The notes beneath the pieces were generated by a model that was not told the DNA's origin, searched no databases, and worked only from the letters and a program-made list of their open reading frames with translations. This document shows, one piece after another, positions 51,438-64,000 of a stretch of 64,000 bases of DNA. Position 1 is the stretch's first letter, and each line of letters starts with the position of its first letter. The stretch lies in assembly GCF_006345805.1 (NCBI RefSeq), contig NC_043015.1, forward strand, positions 23,436,001-23,500,000, given 5' to 3'. Position numbers and translations under genes: made by a program. The stretch comes from Octopus sinensis (lineage: Eukaryota).

Positions 51438-53405
51438 GGCGTAGGTGTGGTTGTATGGTAAGAAGCTTGCTTCCCAGAACCCTACTACCTACTGCGCATG
51501 TTTTGTTTTCAATGTGCGCAAGCGATATTGTCAGCGTTGTGCGTATCACTGAAAGAAGTGACCAAGCTGTGTAAAGCTGGTGAAAAAAGAAGCTCAAATA
51601 TGAGGTAAGACTTTGGGGGGGGGGTCCAGTGGGGGTTTGTTATTTGCGGTAATTATTTTTGCACAAGCAAGAGGTCCTCACTGGATTCTAAACTCTGGTC
51701 TGCCTGCAGTTGAGCAAAAGTGGTTCACTTTTTTTCTCACATAATTGTGAGAATTGTTGCTTGGGGCGTATCGTGCCTCCTAAAAATTTGCTCACTTTTT
51801 GTGAATTTTATAAATAATTGTGAGAATTGCTCTTTTGGGGGAGTGTCTTTGCCTCCGAAGATTGAACGATTTGTATACCAGTTTTTGTGGAAGTTGTGTT
51901 CCAGTTGTGGCATTCCAGATTTGGCCTTCGCCGGAAGAATATTTGCTGCGTTTTTGAACTATTGACTTTCTTTCTTCTAAACTTGAAATACCTTGAAGAG
52001 AGGACGGTGGAATTGAGGACTTACTCCAAGTCGCTCGACAGCATCCCCTATTTGAAAAACTGTAATTGAAAAGGGGTTGAAAGAGTATCTGCCAACTATT
52101 AAATTCATCTCCAGTAGGGTCAAATACGCAACGGTATGGTCGCTATTTGACACCCCTAAAGAGGCTCGCAAATATGCGAGCCAGCCCTTAGAGGCAAAGA
52201 CATCTCGTTTCTTCCCCCGTATTGTGGGAAGAGGTTGACAATAGCTTGGGTTTTGGGTTGCCACCCGGGATAAAATCCGAGTGGATAGAGGAGACTATCT
52301 GTCGGGGTCTGGGTTGCAGCTGAGCCAAATTCATTAATGTGAAAGTGATTGGGAATGGGTCAAAAGTAGTTTTGACCCTGTGGAGCCAATCGGCCAATCT
52401 GGTTTTTCCAGATTTTTTTTTAATGGCCAGTGATTCTTGAGGGTCATTCCCCACCAGGTGTCATCGATGCCTGGAGCTTGGCCATATAAATAAAAACGGT
52501 CACGGAAGAGAAGCACCCTCCCTCAGGCGAGAAGAAAAAAGAGGATGAGGAAGAGAAACGGGACATCGCCGGCAGTCGGTGACATAGTACCAGAATATCC
52601 GGGAATCTCGTCAGTGGGGGTTGTGCCACTGACAGTGGAAGAGATACTGTTGGTGGGAATTGCGCCGCCGACAGTAGAAGTGACTACCTCGATCCCGGAA
52701 GAAGACGAATTATTGGTCTTCTTCTACAGAGGCGGAGAGTTTGAGAATATTTTGGAAAAGCACCATAAGGTAGTACCTTTAGCCTGTACACGGGATCCTG
52801 AATGGCCTCCGCAGATAGCTGTGGAGGTCATAACGTCGCCCGTGTTGCGTACGCTGCAGGTACTCAACGCGGAATATCACTTGTGGGCGTGCGATGCCGA
52901 CATGGCACCCACTTTGTGCTCGAAGGAGGCGTGGCTAATGGCGGAGTATGAGCCACAAGCGGTGTTGTGGAGGAATATGGATAAGAGGTTGAAAAGCCTC
53001 AGTGTTAATGAAAGTTCCTAGTCTGGAAAAAAATGTGTCTTAGTGCCTTATTTTGTTATTGAATTGTGAACAATGTAAGAGGTTTGTTGCCTCATTAGTA
53101 ACATAAGATATCAATGTTCTCGGGGAAAAAACGGTCGGTGGGCGTCGCTTTTCCCCCCATTAATCATCATTTTCATTTTTCATTTCATATTACATTTTGT
53201 CTGTGTCCAGCCAGCAGATTTCTATCTCTATGTAAGGCTTTTATGGCCAATATAATAAAATAAAGAAGCTTGCTTCCAAACAACATGGTTCTGGGTTCAG
53301 TCTCACTGCGTGGAACCGTCAGCAAGTGTCTTCCATTTTTGTCGCCGCCCAATCAGACGCTTGTGAGGTTGAAATTGGTAGACGGAAACTGAAAGAAGAC
53401 CGTCC
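51438..53405 (+). mobile_element. tRNA-derived SINE interrupted by an insertion
   Basis: Head GGCGTAGGTGTGGTTGTATGGTAAGAAGCTTGCTTCC at 51438-51474 resumes at 53263 with ...CATGGTTCTGGGTTCAGTC...GGTAGACGGAAACTGAAAGAAG. Confidence 0.75.
51475..53262 (+). mobile_element. ORF1-only non-LTR element (HAL1-like), 1.79 kb, with 15-bp TSD; ORF frameshifted
   Basis: TSD AAGAAGCTTGCTTCC at 51460-51474 and 53263-53277; A-rich tail AATAAAATA. Manual translation gives EERTVELRTY, KYATV...EARKYA, PYCGKR and VILEG..PTRCHRCLELGHINKN, homologous to the ORF at 945-2305. Stop at 53021. Confidence 0.8.
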
Positions 53406-55864
53406 TATATATATATATATAACAAAGTGAAGTTGTAAGGTACCGCACGAGTGGAAATATATATGAAAGAAGGTTTGAAATACAATTTTAAAGATGTTTA
53501 TTCATTCGAGCAAAGCTATTCTTCAGAAGCACGAGACGGAGGAAAGTCCAAGAGAAAAGGAAAACGGAGCAACAAAAAAAATCCCCAACGATTTACATGT
53601 GGTTACATTTTGAAATGACCTGGAGGGAATGGGTGAAGAAAAAGTTATTTCTAAGACAGGAGAGCGTAAGAGGAGGTTTGTGTGTGTATGTGTGGGTATG
53701 TGCGTGCGCGCGAGTCTGCGTGTGCTCGTGTGTAATAGCATGTGTGCGTTTGTGTATGTGTTCGAGTGTGTGTACGTGAGTGTATGTGCGTGTGTGTGTG
53801 CGGACGTGTGCGTGCGTGTGTGTATATCCGTATGTGTATGCCCATGTATGTGTAATTGTGTGCGTGTATGTATGAGTGTTGTCTGTGGGGGAGGTATGTG
53901 TGCGCGCTTGTGCGTGTGCGTGTATGTATATGTGCGTACGTGTGCGTGTATATTCGTGTGTATATGTGAGTGCGTGCGCGTGTGTATTTTGTGTGTAGTG
54001 TGTGCATGCGACTGAGTGTGTGCCCGTGTGTGTTATATTGATTGGTCTAATTTACACCGAATAGGAATGCCAGAGAAACATTTTATGAAAGGAATGTGTT
54101 ATAAGTCCAAATAGCAATTTCTGGGGACTCGGCGATTCATAATAATGTTAATAGACGTAGAACATTACTATAGGTGGCCGTATGGATTTTCAGGGCCCAA
54201 TATAATCAAGTTATTTTTAAAAGCTAAGAACGAAGGTAGAGTCAGAGTTTGCGTACATGATACATATGTGCTGATGTGTTGGGGATGGGGCAGGTTACGA
54301 GATAGAGGAAAACTTTAGTTTAATTGTGCCTCATCAGCCTGCCGTCGATTCTGAGGCCTCCTCGTACCAGTAGAACTTGAATTTAGAATAATAGTCATGA
54401 AAACGTTTGACCAGTATGACTTACGCACTTCAAAACACCATACCAACCACAGGAAATAAATATAGAGAAAACAGTGGCTGCAGAATGACGTACGCCAAAC
54501 AAAGAAATAAAATTTATTGAAATTGCCCCCAGCTTCAAAAACAAACAAAAAAACATAACTAGTTCTAAATGTTTCTGTAGATTTAAAGGTACTCTAAAAT
54601 AAAAAAAAAAACTAAACCATAAACAGTTTAAAACGAAGATTTCAAATTATTCAATAGGTTTCGCATAAATTGTAACAAGTCACAGAGTTAAATGCTTCAG
54701 CCAGAAGGCGTTTTTCAATATAGGAGCTATATTTCATTTAATCCCAGTGTTAAATTTAAAAAGAATATTATTATTATTTAGAAATTCATTAGAAATGGAT
54801 ACACACATACACATACACACGCACGTACTCACATATTCACACATACGCATACATATGCACGCACACGCACACAAAAAAAAACACACACACTTCTATTTAT
54901 ACACAGCACGCACACGTGGAACGAATGTAGGTAAAGAAATTTTCCTAGTAGACAATTAAAGAATGGAAATGAAAGTTTCTGCTGAAGATACTGTGGAAGA
55001 GAGAAGTTAACGAAAATGTCTATTAAAGGTTTCTGCCTTAAGGCTGAGAATCCTTATCGCGACATTAGTATTTGTAACTGAAGGAAGACACTGCAGTATA
55101 ATCTTATTGAACATAGTGATAAAGATATGGAATAAAATCCATTGATACGTTGATGATTAGAATCACATATTCTACAAGTGCAGCGTTGATAGAAACTAGA
55201 ATTTTCACAAACATAGAAATTGATTTTAAGACCACGAACAAACATGGATTCATGCATTTGCCGCCACTTATTCAGGGAGTTAGTAGTTCTATTTATGACT
55301 GGTGTGATTGTAGATTTATCTCTGACCGTTTGAATGATGAAGTGTATTCCTGAAGTCGTTTCTTTTTCAAGGGAGCGAATGCCTAATACGGAAATCTCTT
55401 ATGTAGGATTAAGTATTCTGTCTTTAACATAGTTGAGGAAGAGTTAAAAGAAATGGGGTACTATTTCTAGCTGGAAAAGAAACAACGTAGAGGCATCGAT
55501 TTTGCTTACAAGATAACTTGTGCTGGTTGTGGATGATGAGCTGGTTGCTTTTTTGATGCAAACCCCAATGAATCAATCATAAGACTAGGATTCGACTTCT
55601 TTCTTCTATATCAAGTCACCTAAGAATTTAAACCTGATGATATGTTGACACATATCTAATATTTCTGAAGTCAGTAAGGCCATTTCCTGTCAAATGATAT
55701 CTTAAACGATATATCAGAAACATGAGGCATCATTTTATTCGATGTTGTGGAATACCTATTCAATCTTCAAATATTAAGTGCGTACATGTATCAATAGTTA
55801 TATATGTACCTGTAGATACGCAAACACTCATAAACGTGTGGGAAGAAAAATGCGAGAAAGTGAA

Positions 55865-55906
<42 letters not shown>

Positions 55907-56221
55907 GACAGAGAGGGAGAAAGGGTTATAATAATTGCTTCTGATTTAGGCACAACGAAAAGAATTTGAAGCGAGTAGTTAAGTCGAACACATTGACCCT
56001 AATAAATGAGCGATTTTAAATTTCATGGACCCAGAAAGGAACTGGAATAAATAAATTAAGATGAACCCTCTTCCCACTCCTAACGCTCTCAGACCTGTCT
56101 CCATAAAAGGCTAAATATTTATTGCATCTACAAACAAATATGGAAAGATGTTCTTGGGTTCATTTCCATTGCACGGGATAAGCTTAAACAAGTTACTTCT
56201 ATTATAATACGTCCGAACCGA

Positions 56222-56302
<81 letters not shown>

Positions 56303-56457
56303 GTCTGTCTATCTGTCTATCTGTCTATCTATCTATCTATCTATCTATCTCTACCTCTCTCTCTCTATATATATATACGGTTCTATATTTAAGAGATGAG
56401 GAATTATGTACATTATTTACATTTGACGGATATTTGTCCTCTTCTTGTTTGTTGTTA

Positions 56458-56501
56458 ACACAAAGTTTCGGCTGATACACCCTGCAACCTTCATCAGGTG
56501 T
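56458..56501 (-). ncRNA. Degenerate minimal hammerhead motif in a short Penelope-like fragment
   Basis: ACAC-CTGATGA-A-GGTTG...CAGCC-GAAAC(T)TT-GTGT. Stems I and II pair; stem III is mutated. Confidence 0.5.
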
Positions 56502-56551
56502 ATTGGGGAAATTTCGAGCCTGGGTTCTCATACCTAAGGTACTTTTGATGC

Positions 56552-56593
<42 letters not shown>

Positions 56594-56595
56594 CA

Positions 56596-56629
<34 letters not shown>

Positions 56630-57673
56630 GGACATTGCCTGGAATCGAACTCGGAATCTTGGGGTTAGTAGACCGCGCTCTTAACCCCTACGTCATATCT
56701 CGGCTGATATAATGATTATATATATATATTTTACAAGATTCAACCAACTCACACAGCAATTCTCCTTTCGTCAGTCATAATATTTATTGCACTGTACTCT
56801 ACATATGATCTCTGCCCCATGTTATTTCTGCATACCCTCGACTCCTTCATTTTTTCTATAGTCATCTACTTTCGATATGGAATATTCCACAGTTTACGAA
56901 AAGTCTGGAAAGGTATTGGTGAGGTCGTCCTCAACAGACCAATCATTTCAAAGATTTCAAAAGAAATATATATAAACACAGTAAGCTAGCATCGTTATCA
57001 ATGTCTTGTTTATTCTATGAAATCTGTGGTTTGATTTGAAACAGTTTTACATAATTTGGAAAGATAGAATATATACAAAAATCTAATTGTAACCAAAAAA
57101 AAAAAAAGAAAAGAAGAAAGAGGAAGAAATGATGGAAAGAAAGAAAGGAAAAAAAATCGAAATTAGTCCCCAGAATTACTTCGCAGCTATGATATTACAG
57201 CATAATATCGACCAGACTATCATTTTATTACATAATTATGAAACGTTCTATTTATAAAAGATAACAACAGGCTGTGATGACCTCTCTTGCAATCTTTTGC
57301 TTTCCTAATGGTATATAGCATAGAGTTAAACGGAAAGCTTTTGTTATAATTAGGATTCGAAAACCGGATCTTGGCTTTGGTTTTGTTCATAAATATATCG
57401 CTTCTACAACAGGGCATCCTACACAATAACGATATGTTCTACTAAGATGTATCTGGAGCGCTTGTGATAAAGAAATCATTACGGTCATTAGATATAGCCT
57501 AAATCGCCGCGTTTATGGCCAATGTTTGTGGTATAATGATAAGCGAGTCGAATACAACACGTTTCCTGAAACACACAAACACACAGAAGCATTCGCATAC
57601 ACAAACCCAAACCCACGTATATATATATATATATATATATACGTTTATATATATATATATATATATATACGTT

Positions 57674-57731
<58 letters not shown>

Positions 57732-58181
57732 GTATATATAAATACACAAACACATAGGCTATTACAGGGGCGCAGTACGAATTATGAAATATTATAAGAT
57801 TAATCTATCTCTCTCATTGAGTATTTTCATTCTATTATACTTCTTCGTGTTGCTCATACACACATGCGTGTCTATGCAAGTAGAAACATGAGACACACAT
57901 GAAAATATGCACACATACATATATATGAAAGTGTGTATGTATGTGTGCGTCTGTAAATGTATATGTATATTATATAGAGATAGAGATACGGATATAATCT
58001 CATACATAATTATGTGTATGGATATGAATCTGTATACATACACACACAAATATTCATTATAAATCTATTGAAAGATGAACGCTCACGTATCTGTGTATGT
58101 GTTTATAGATATATACATATAAACATACGCATGTACGTATATATAAATATATATATGTATGCACACACGCACCCTCACACT

Positions 58182-58234
<53 letters not shown>

Positions 58235-58353
58235 TATGTATAGTTATATTAATATATATGTATAGTAATGTTTGTGTGTATGTATATAAATATATATATA
58301 TATATATATATACAGGCACACGCACACACATATACGTATTCATATATACATAA

Positions 58354-58390
<37 letters not shown>

Positions 58391-58395
58391 ATATA

Positions 58396-58440
<45 letters not shown>

Positions 58441-59324
58441 TATGTATATACATGCATGCTACATGCATGCATATATATATATATATATATATATATGCGT
58501 GTACGTGTGTTCTAATCGACACCTTTTCCGCTCCAGATAGTAGAACGATAAAGGTATTAGAAAATCGCTTTGAAGTAGCAAAAGTTACTTTCGCTCGCAT
58601 CCTACGGTATAGCCTTCTGATCATAAACATTTTTCAATGGCTACTAAATTATACTAGACAGGAAATACTCCAAAGCTGGCCTCTAACACATGAATCTCCT
58701 TCTATTCCTGTTCTAATGTGAAATTCAAAATGACGTTTTATTATTCATACTTGGAAAGACAGCGCGATTGATTTTTCGTCATCGCTTGCTATAAAGTTTT
58801 TAACCTAATCCAGTACGTTCACCTTGAAAGCGGAATTTAATGGGCTTCCTTTGCTTAATAATATATCTTAAATTCAAGACATTAGTGCTGTTCGCTTTTA
58901 CTTTAAATACAAAATAAGAAAAGCATAAATATAATAATAACGCGATGAAATAAATTAAATAACAGTGTAAAAAGAGAAAAACAGATTTGTGAGAGAGATA
59001 GCGTGGTGGGGTTATTGGATAAAGCCTTAAGAAAAGAAATTACAGTAACGCGTAACAAAAATAATAATAAAGAAACAGCTCGATTGTGTGGGAACAATGC
59101 AGGAATTCTATATGAGAAGTTAAGTATCCATAAAATCAAACAATAAATCCATGTTGTTTTTCTGAAGAAAAATGCAAAGAAAAAAAGAAAAAAAAGAAAA
59201 TTACGTACCACTGAAAGAGCGAATAAACTGAAAAATAACCAAGACTTGAGGCAATTACAGCAACAACAATAATAATATTCACAACGATAATGTTCATGAT
59301 GGAGGGTGATTACTGTCACTTTAA

Positions 59325-59370
59325 ATATTATTATTACAATTATTATCATTATCATTATTATTATCATTAC

Positions 59371-59427
<57 letters not shown>

Positions 59428-59782
59428 TGACATCATTATTATTGTTTTTAATAATATGGCGTTGATGATAATACTGCTGAGGATAAACGATGTTGACGGT
59501 AATGATGTTGATAATGATGATATGATGAGGAAGTGTAGGAGGAGGATGCGGAAAAACGACGAAGACGAGGAGGAGGGTGAATCTGACGAGGTTGTCGATG
59601 ATCTAAAAATTTGAGCTGTTATCATATCATTTGAAAATCGGAATCTTGGCAGTGCTCTCATATTCCGGATACCAATATCTTACCTTTATTTTCATATGTA
59701 GTGTTTGCTATCATTGTTGTTGTTGCTGGTATAACAACAACAATAACAATAATAATAATAATAATAATGATATTAATAATAA

Positions 59783-59815
<33 letters not shown>

Positions 59816-60009
59816 GAGTGGTGGTGGTGGTGGTAGTAATAGTGTTGGTAGTGGTAGTAGTAGTAGAAATTGTAGTAGTAAAATTAGCAGTAGCAGCAAC
59901 AATAACACTAATAATAATTTATTTTCTTCTTCTTTCTCTTCTTCTTTCTTCTTCTTCTTCTTTTCTTCTTCTTCTTCTTCTTCTTCTTCTTCTTCTTCTT
60001 CTTCTTCTT

Positions 60010-60040
<31 letters not shown>

Positions 60041-60082
60041 TTATTATTATTATTATTATATTATTATTATTATTATTATTGA
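59325..60082. repeat. Compound trinucleotide microsatellite field (TTA, AAT, AGT, GGT, CTT); representative of dozens of (TA)n, (CA)n, (TATC)n, (TACA)n and (TAA)n arrays across the window
   Basis: Directly visible in the sequence. Confidence 0.95.
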
Positions 60083-60588
60083 GTGAAAGAGCAGTGCATA
60101 CCATCAAAGTCCAGTATACCCATCATGACTACCCGTCTGATAAGGGTACACTAGGTACATGCATCACAACCATATGTGCGCGACATGGTGATCTCATATC
60201 AAGATAAATAGCGCATGACCTTGCAGGTGGGGGCCCAGTTAAAATTTTCTTCTGGTTGAGTAGCCCATCCCGTTCAAAAGATCCCTGAATAAGGATCGTT
60301 TAAAGACGTTGAACGAACCACCCATGTTTCCAAAGGTGCATTATCCAAACCTCCAAGAATACCTTTCAACACACGGCTCTGATGCTCCCCCACTACGTCT
60401 GCTCGTGATCAGAGATGCACATATCGTCAACCACAAAGGGATATTGTCAACGAGCAAATCTGTGGTATTGAGCAGAATATTTGCTGTAGCCCATCTTTTA
60501 TACCAAGACAAAACAATGTACATGATAACAATTCCAATCAGTTAAGATCAGGAGCCACGAGAGCCACCATCTGGTACTGCATCAGGGG
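60083..60588. mobile_element. ~500-bp non-coding interspersed element inserted in (TTA)n
   Basis: Complex-sequence island sharply bounded by TTA/TAA arrays, with no credible ORF. Family not identified. Confidence 0.35.
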
Positions 60589-60671
60589 ATAATAATTATT
60601 ATTATTACAATTATTATTATTAATATTATTATTTTATTATTATTATTATTATTATTTTATTATTATTATTA

Positions 60672-60729
<58 letters not shown>

Positions 60730-60769
60730 GTTGTTGTTGTTGTTATTGTTATTATTATTATTATTATTA

Positions 60770-62145
60770 TCATTTTCGTTAACATCTTTCAATTCTGTTT
60801 CCATTTCTTGCCGAGTGTCTTGGAAAAACTAAAGAAAATTTATAGCGACAGTGCTCTTCTCAAAGCGTGTGATGTTCCAGTAAAGGCTATCTTTTGCACT
60901 TCCTGCATAGATGTTAAGCCAGGTATCATTCTTAAATAAGTTTCAGCTCTTTGTTTCCTTTTGTTTGTTTTTTATCATTTCATGTGCTCCTACAATCACT
61001 CGTATTGTAACCGTGTTGTGATTATTATTATTATTATCATTATATGTTTGATTTTTACTTTGTATTTGAACAAGTTGGCTCCAAGTTTCCCCCATAGATC
61101 TCAAGAGACAAGTTAGAAGTTCACGTTGGTGTTATGCCTAGGGTGTCATATATTTGGCTTTGCTCATAGTATTGTTGTAGAGAATGTTAAAGAATGTAAT
61201 GAGATTATTTTGAAATTTGAGAGTAAATAAACAGTATTTTACGTAGGATATGGACAGTTGCCATGAGCACTATCTTTTAAATTTCTACAATTCTGGAGTT
61301 TCCTAGTATCGGAACCCCTTTTGTTATCATGCCTAGGGCACCTATGACAAAAGGTATTATTTTATTTCACATTTTGACAGTTTCTATTTTAAAATCTTTA
61401 TATTAGCTCAGTTTTTGTTAGATCTTGAAAGATCCTTTTATGTCGATTGGGATAGTCATATCAATGAGGATGCATGGTTTTTTGCTGAAGTCTTTCAATA
61501 TAATGTCTGGTATATTCGCATCTATCTTTCTGTCAGTTTGAATGTTGAAGTTCCAGAGGAGTGAGATGTGATCGTTTTCAAGCACTGGAGGTGAATTGTG
61601 TTCCCACCAGTTTTTATTATAGGGCAGGTCGAGGTATTGTAAATTGCCCAGTGAATATATTGTGCTGCTCTGTCATACCTGTTGAGATACTCTGTAGGCA
61701 CAAGAAGACTACAGATGGAGACGACATGATCAATGGTTTCATTTTGTTGTTGGGCTACTGCCGTTCTTTAATATGTTGGCCTGGTAGTTCCTTGTAGGTA
61801 GGCATTGATTTTGGGCTGCTATGATAAACCCTTCTGTTTCTGATTTTAAGCCAGACGACATTAATCAGTGATAGGTAAGGGCTTTGGCAACATCGGCATT
61901 ATTAGCAGTATTTGCCATTCAGTGGTTTTCTCTTGTCATTTATCACTAAGAATATCTAAGGTAGAAGTTTTAGCACAGGTTTTCATACGCTTAGCGTTTT
62001 CTTGCTTGTTGTATTTGGAATTCACTTAGATGTTCTTTTGCCTCTTTTGTTATTGAGTATGATGCTTTCTTGTTTTCATACATGGAGACAAGGTTTGATA
62101 TCCAGTCATCAGTTTTTCAGGTAGATGTCGAGGCCAATTGTGGGT
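60770..62145 (-). mobile_element. Two degenerate R4/Dong-like 3' fragments (60770-61020 and 61045-62145)
   Basis: VQKIAFTGTSHA; GLKSETEGFIIAAQ.Q.LPTR, LWNFNIQTDRKIDANIPDI and VIGALG. Separated and flanked by (TTA)n. Confidence 0.75.
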
Positions 62146-62171
62146 TTATTATTATTATTATTGTTATTATT

Positions 62172-62210
<39 letters not shown>

Positions 62211-62497
62211 ATTATTATTATATTATTATTATTATAATTGTTATATTTTTAATATTTATGTTGTTTTCCCAGTATACAAGTAGACTCACATGCATGTTTC
62301 TCCTATGAGAATTCTCTTAGATACTTTGTTTTTTTCTAAAGATGAGGTAACTATTTTCGCTCATATTGTCGTTACTAGAAGCAACAGGGAACATATAAAA
62401 AACATTTAATAGGATTTTAAAAAATTCCTCCATTCATCTCTATATATAAGTATGTGTGTGCGTGCGTCTGTGCGCGCGCATGCACGTGCGTGTGTGC

Positions 62498-62542
<45 letters not shown>

Positions 62543-62985
62543 CAACTTCAAGTGTCAACTCCACATCTCTTAAGGCGTTGTCACCTCTTCGAACTGTTTT
62601 TAAATGTAACTGTAGCTAAATGCAAGTGTTAGTGTTCTTTGTTCCTTTACTCACTCGTATGTACGTGTATATATTAACATACATAACATCTATATTCCTC
62701 CCTGTGCCTGTCATCTGTTATGTCCTTGCCGTAAGGCTTTACTTCCACACACGCCACCCTAATTTAATTCGTCCTTAGTCGAAAGACACCTGTTGTTAAT
62801 GTCCTGTTATTTGCATTTGTATTTGTGTAACATTTCTCCATTTTTCCCTCCTTGTTTTCGTATACATTCGCTACTATCTTCAAAAGGAATCTAATGCTCT
62901 TAGCTTCGGTTTTCCTTGGGGCTGGCCAGATTGGAGCAATCTGGGTCCTCACATCTCACTTTAACATATAATTTAATATACATGC

Positions 62986-63022
<37 letters not shown>

Positions 63023-64000
63023 ATATATATCTATATATATATATATATATATGTAACCATGTATGCATCGCTGCCGATTTTCTTTCTCCGTCTCCCCTTC
63101 CTTCGGACTTTCCTCTACTCTGAAGAAGAGCTTGTCTCGAAGCGTTAAATCTTCTTGAGCGTTTGATAATAGAGTATTTATGCCACGTACTAGCGTTATT
63201 ATTTTTCTTGTTTGTTCGTTGTTTGAATCCACTACACACACATGTGTGTGTGTGTATATGTATGAGTACTAAAATATTTTGTCTAAGACTTATTGAAAAC
63301 TTGACTGTGTTGTTTATTTATATTTTTTATTAATATTTTTCTTTATTCCGTCGTTTTGTAGTCACCATGCTTTACTGGCCACCAACAATGTTCATTACTC
63401 CCGTTCCTGGCGCTTCCTTTATTAGATGTCAACTGGGCGCTATGAATAATTCTTCACAATACGATATTATCGCTCACACCAGAAGTGCTACGAAATATTA
63501 AAATTACCTGAGGGAATCCCAAGCTTTTGGTCGACAATAGATACATTTGTTACTCTCTTTACTCCGTGCAATCTCTACAGCTAGACAGAACTGCAATCCC
63601 AAATTTTTTATACCATTTGTATTGTTTTACGCCATAGTAAAAATTCTCTTCCGCTCACCTTCATCTGCTGTGTACATGACGAAATATTTTCTGCATTTTT
63701 AGTTCATATATTATTCTCTGATGTCCTACTAAAGTAAATTATTCACCAGATGTGAAATGCGGAATCTATCGGAAGCGCAGGATATTATACCATGACTACA
63801 AGCACCATGAACACTCATCTTCGTGTTTCACATGTTTCTCTTAGTCCTTAATATTCTAAACGTCTCCTTCCATATTACATTTGTCAAGGCAACGTGAACT
63901 CAGCTATATATGCATATTAATGCCTTTATGTGTGAATCTTCAAAAGTACATAGTTTACCATCATGGACTTCATATTTCTACTTGAAAATATTCTTATTCA

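Noticed and set aside
52188-52516. Minus-strand SGKTRLADWL / FYLYG peptides suggesting a viral Rep/NS1 Walker A
   Set aside because: The motifs are in different frames and not contiguous. The plus strand explains the region as ORF1 homologous to 945-2305.
56630-56695. tRNA-like sequence on the minus strand (GGTTAAGAGCGC...GAGTTCGATTCC)
   Set aside because: No complete acceptor stem; better explained as a SINE head.

Overview
Eukaryotic, AT-rich, microsatellite-saturated DNA. The very long GC-rich 18S, the (TA)n/(TAA)n load and the SINE types point to an octopod cephalopod (inference). No host protein-coding gene can be supported; almost all listed ORFs are microsatellite or GC-rich rDNA artefacts. 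The centrepiece is a ~13.1-kb rDNA fragment (33823-46912, + strand): IGS subrepeats with 4 putative spacer promoters plus a putative gene promoter, 5'ETS, a 2.6-kb 18S, ITS1, 5.8S, ITS2 and a 3'-truncated 28S. It sits inside a minus-strand R4/Dong-like non-LTR retrotransposon whose two halves rejoin in frame. The window also holds two divergent members of an ORF1-only (HAL1-like) retroelement family, one with a 15-bp TSD inside a SINE. There are several Penelope-like elements and termini carrying minimal hammerhead ribozyme motifs (one with an intact core), many R4/Dong 3' fragments lodged in (TAA)n arrays, tRNA-derived SINEs, and a recent 756-bp tandem duplication.
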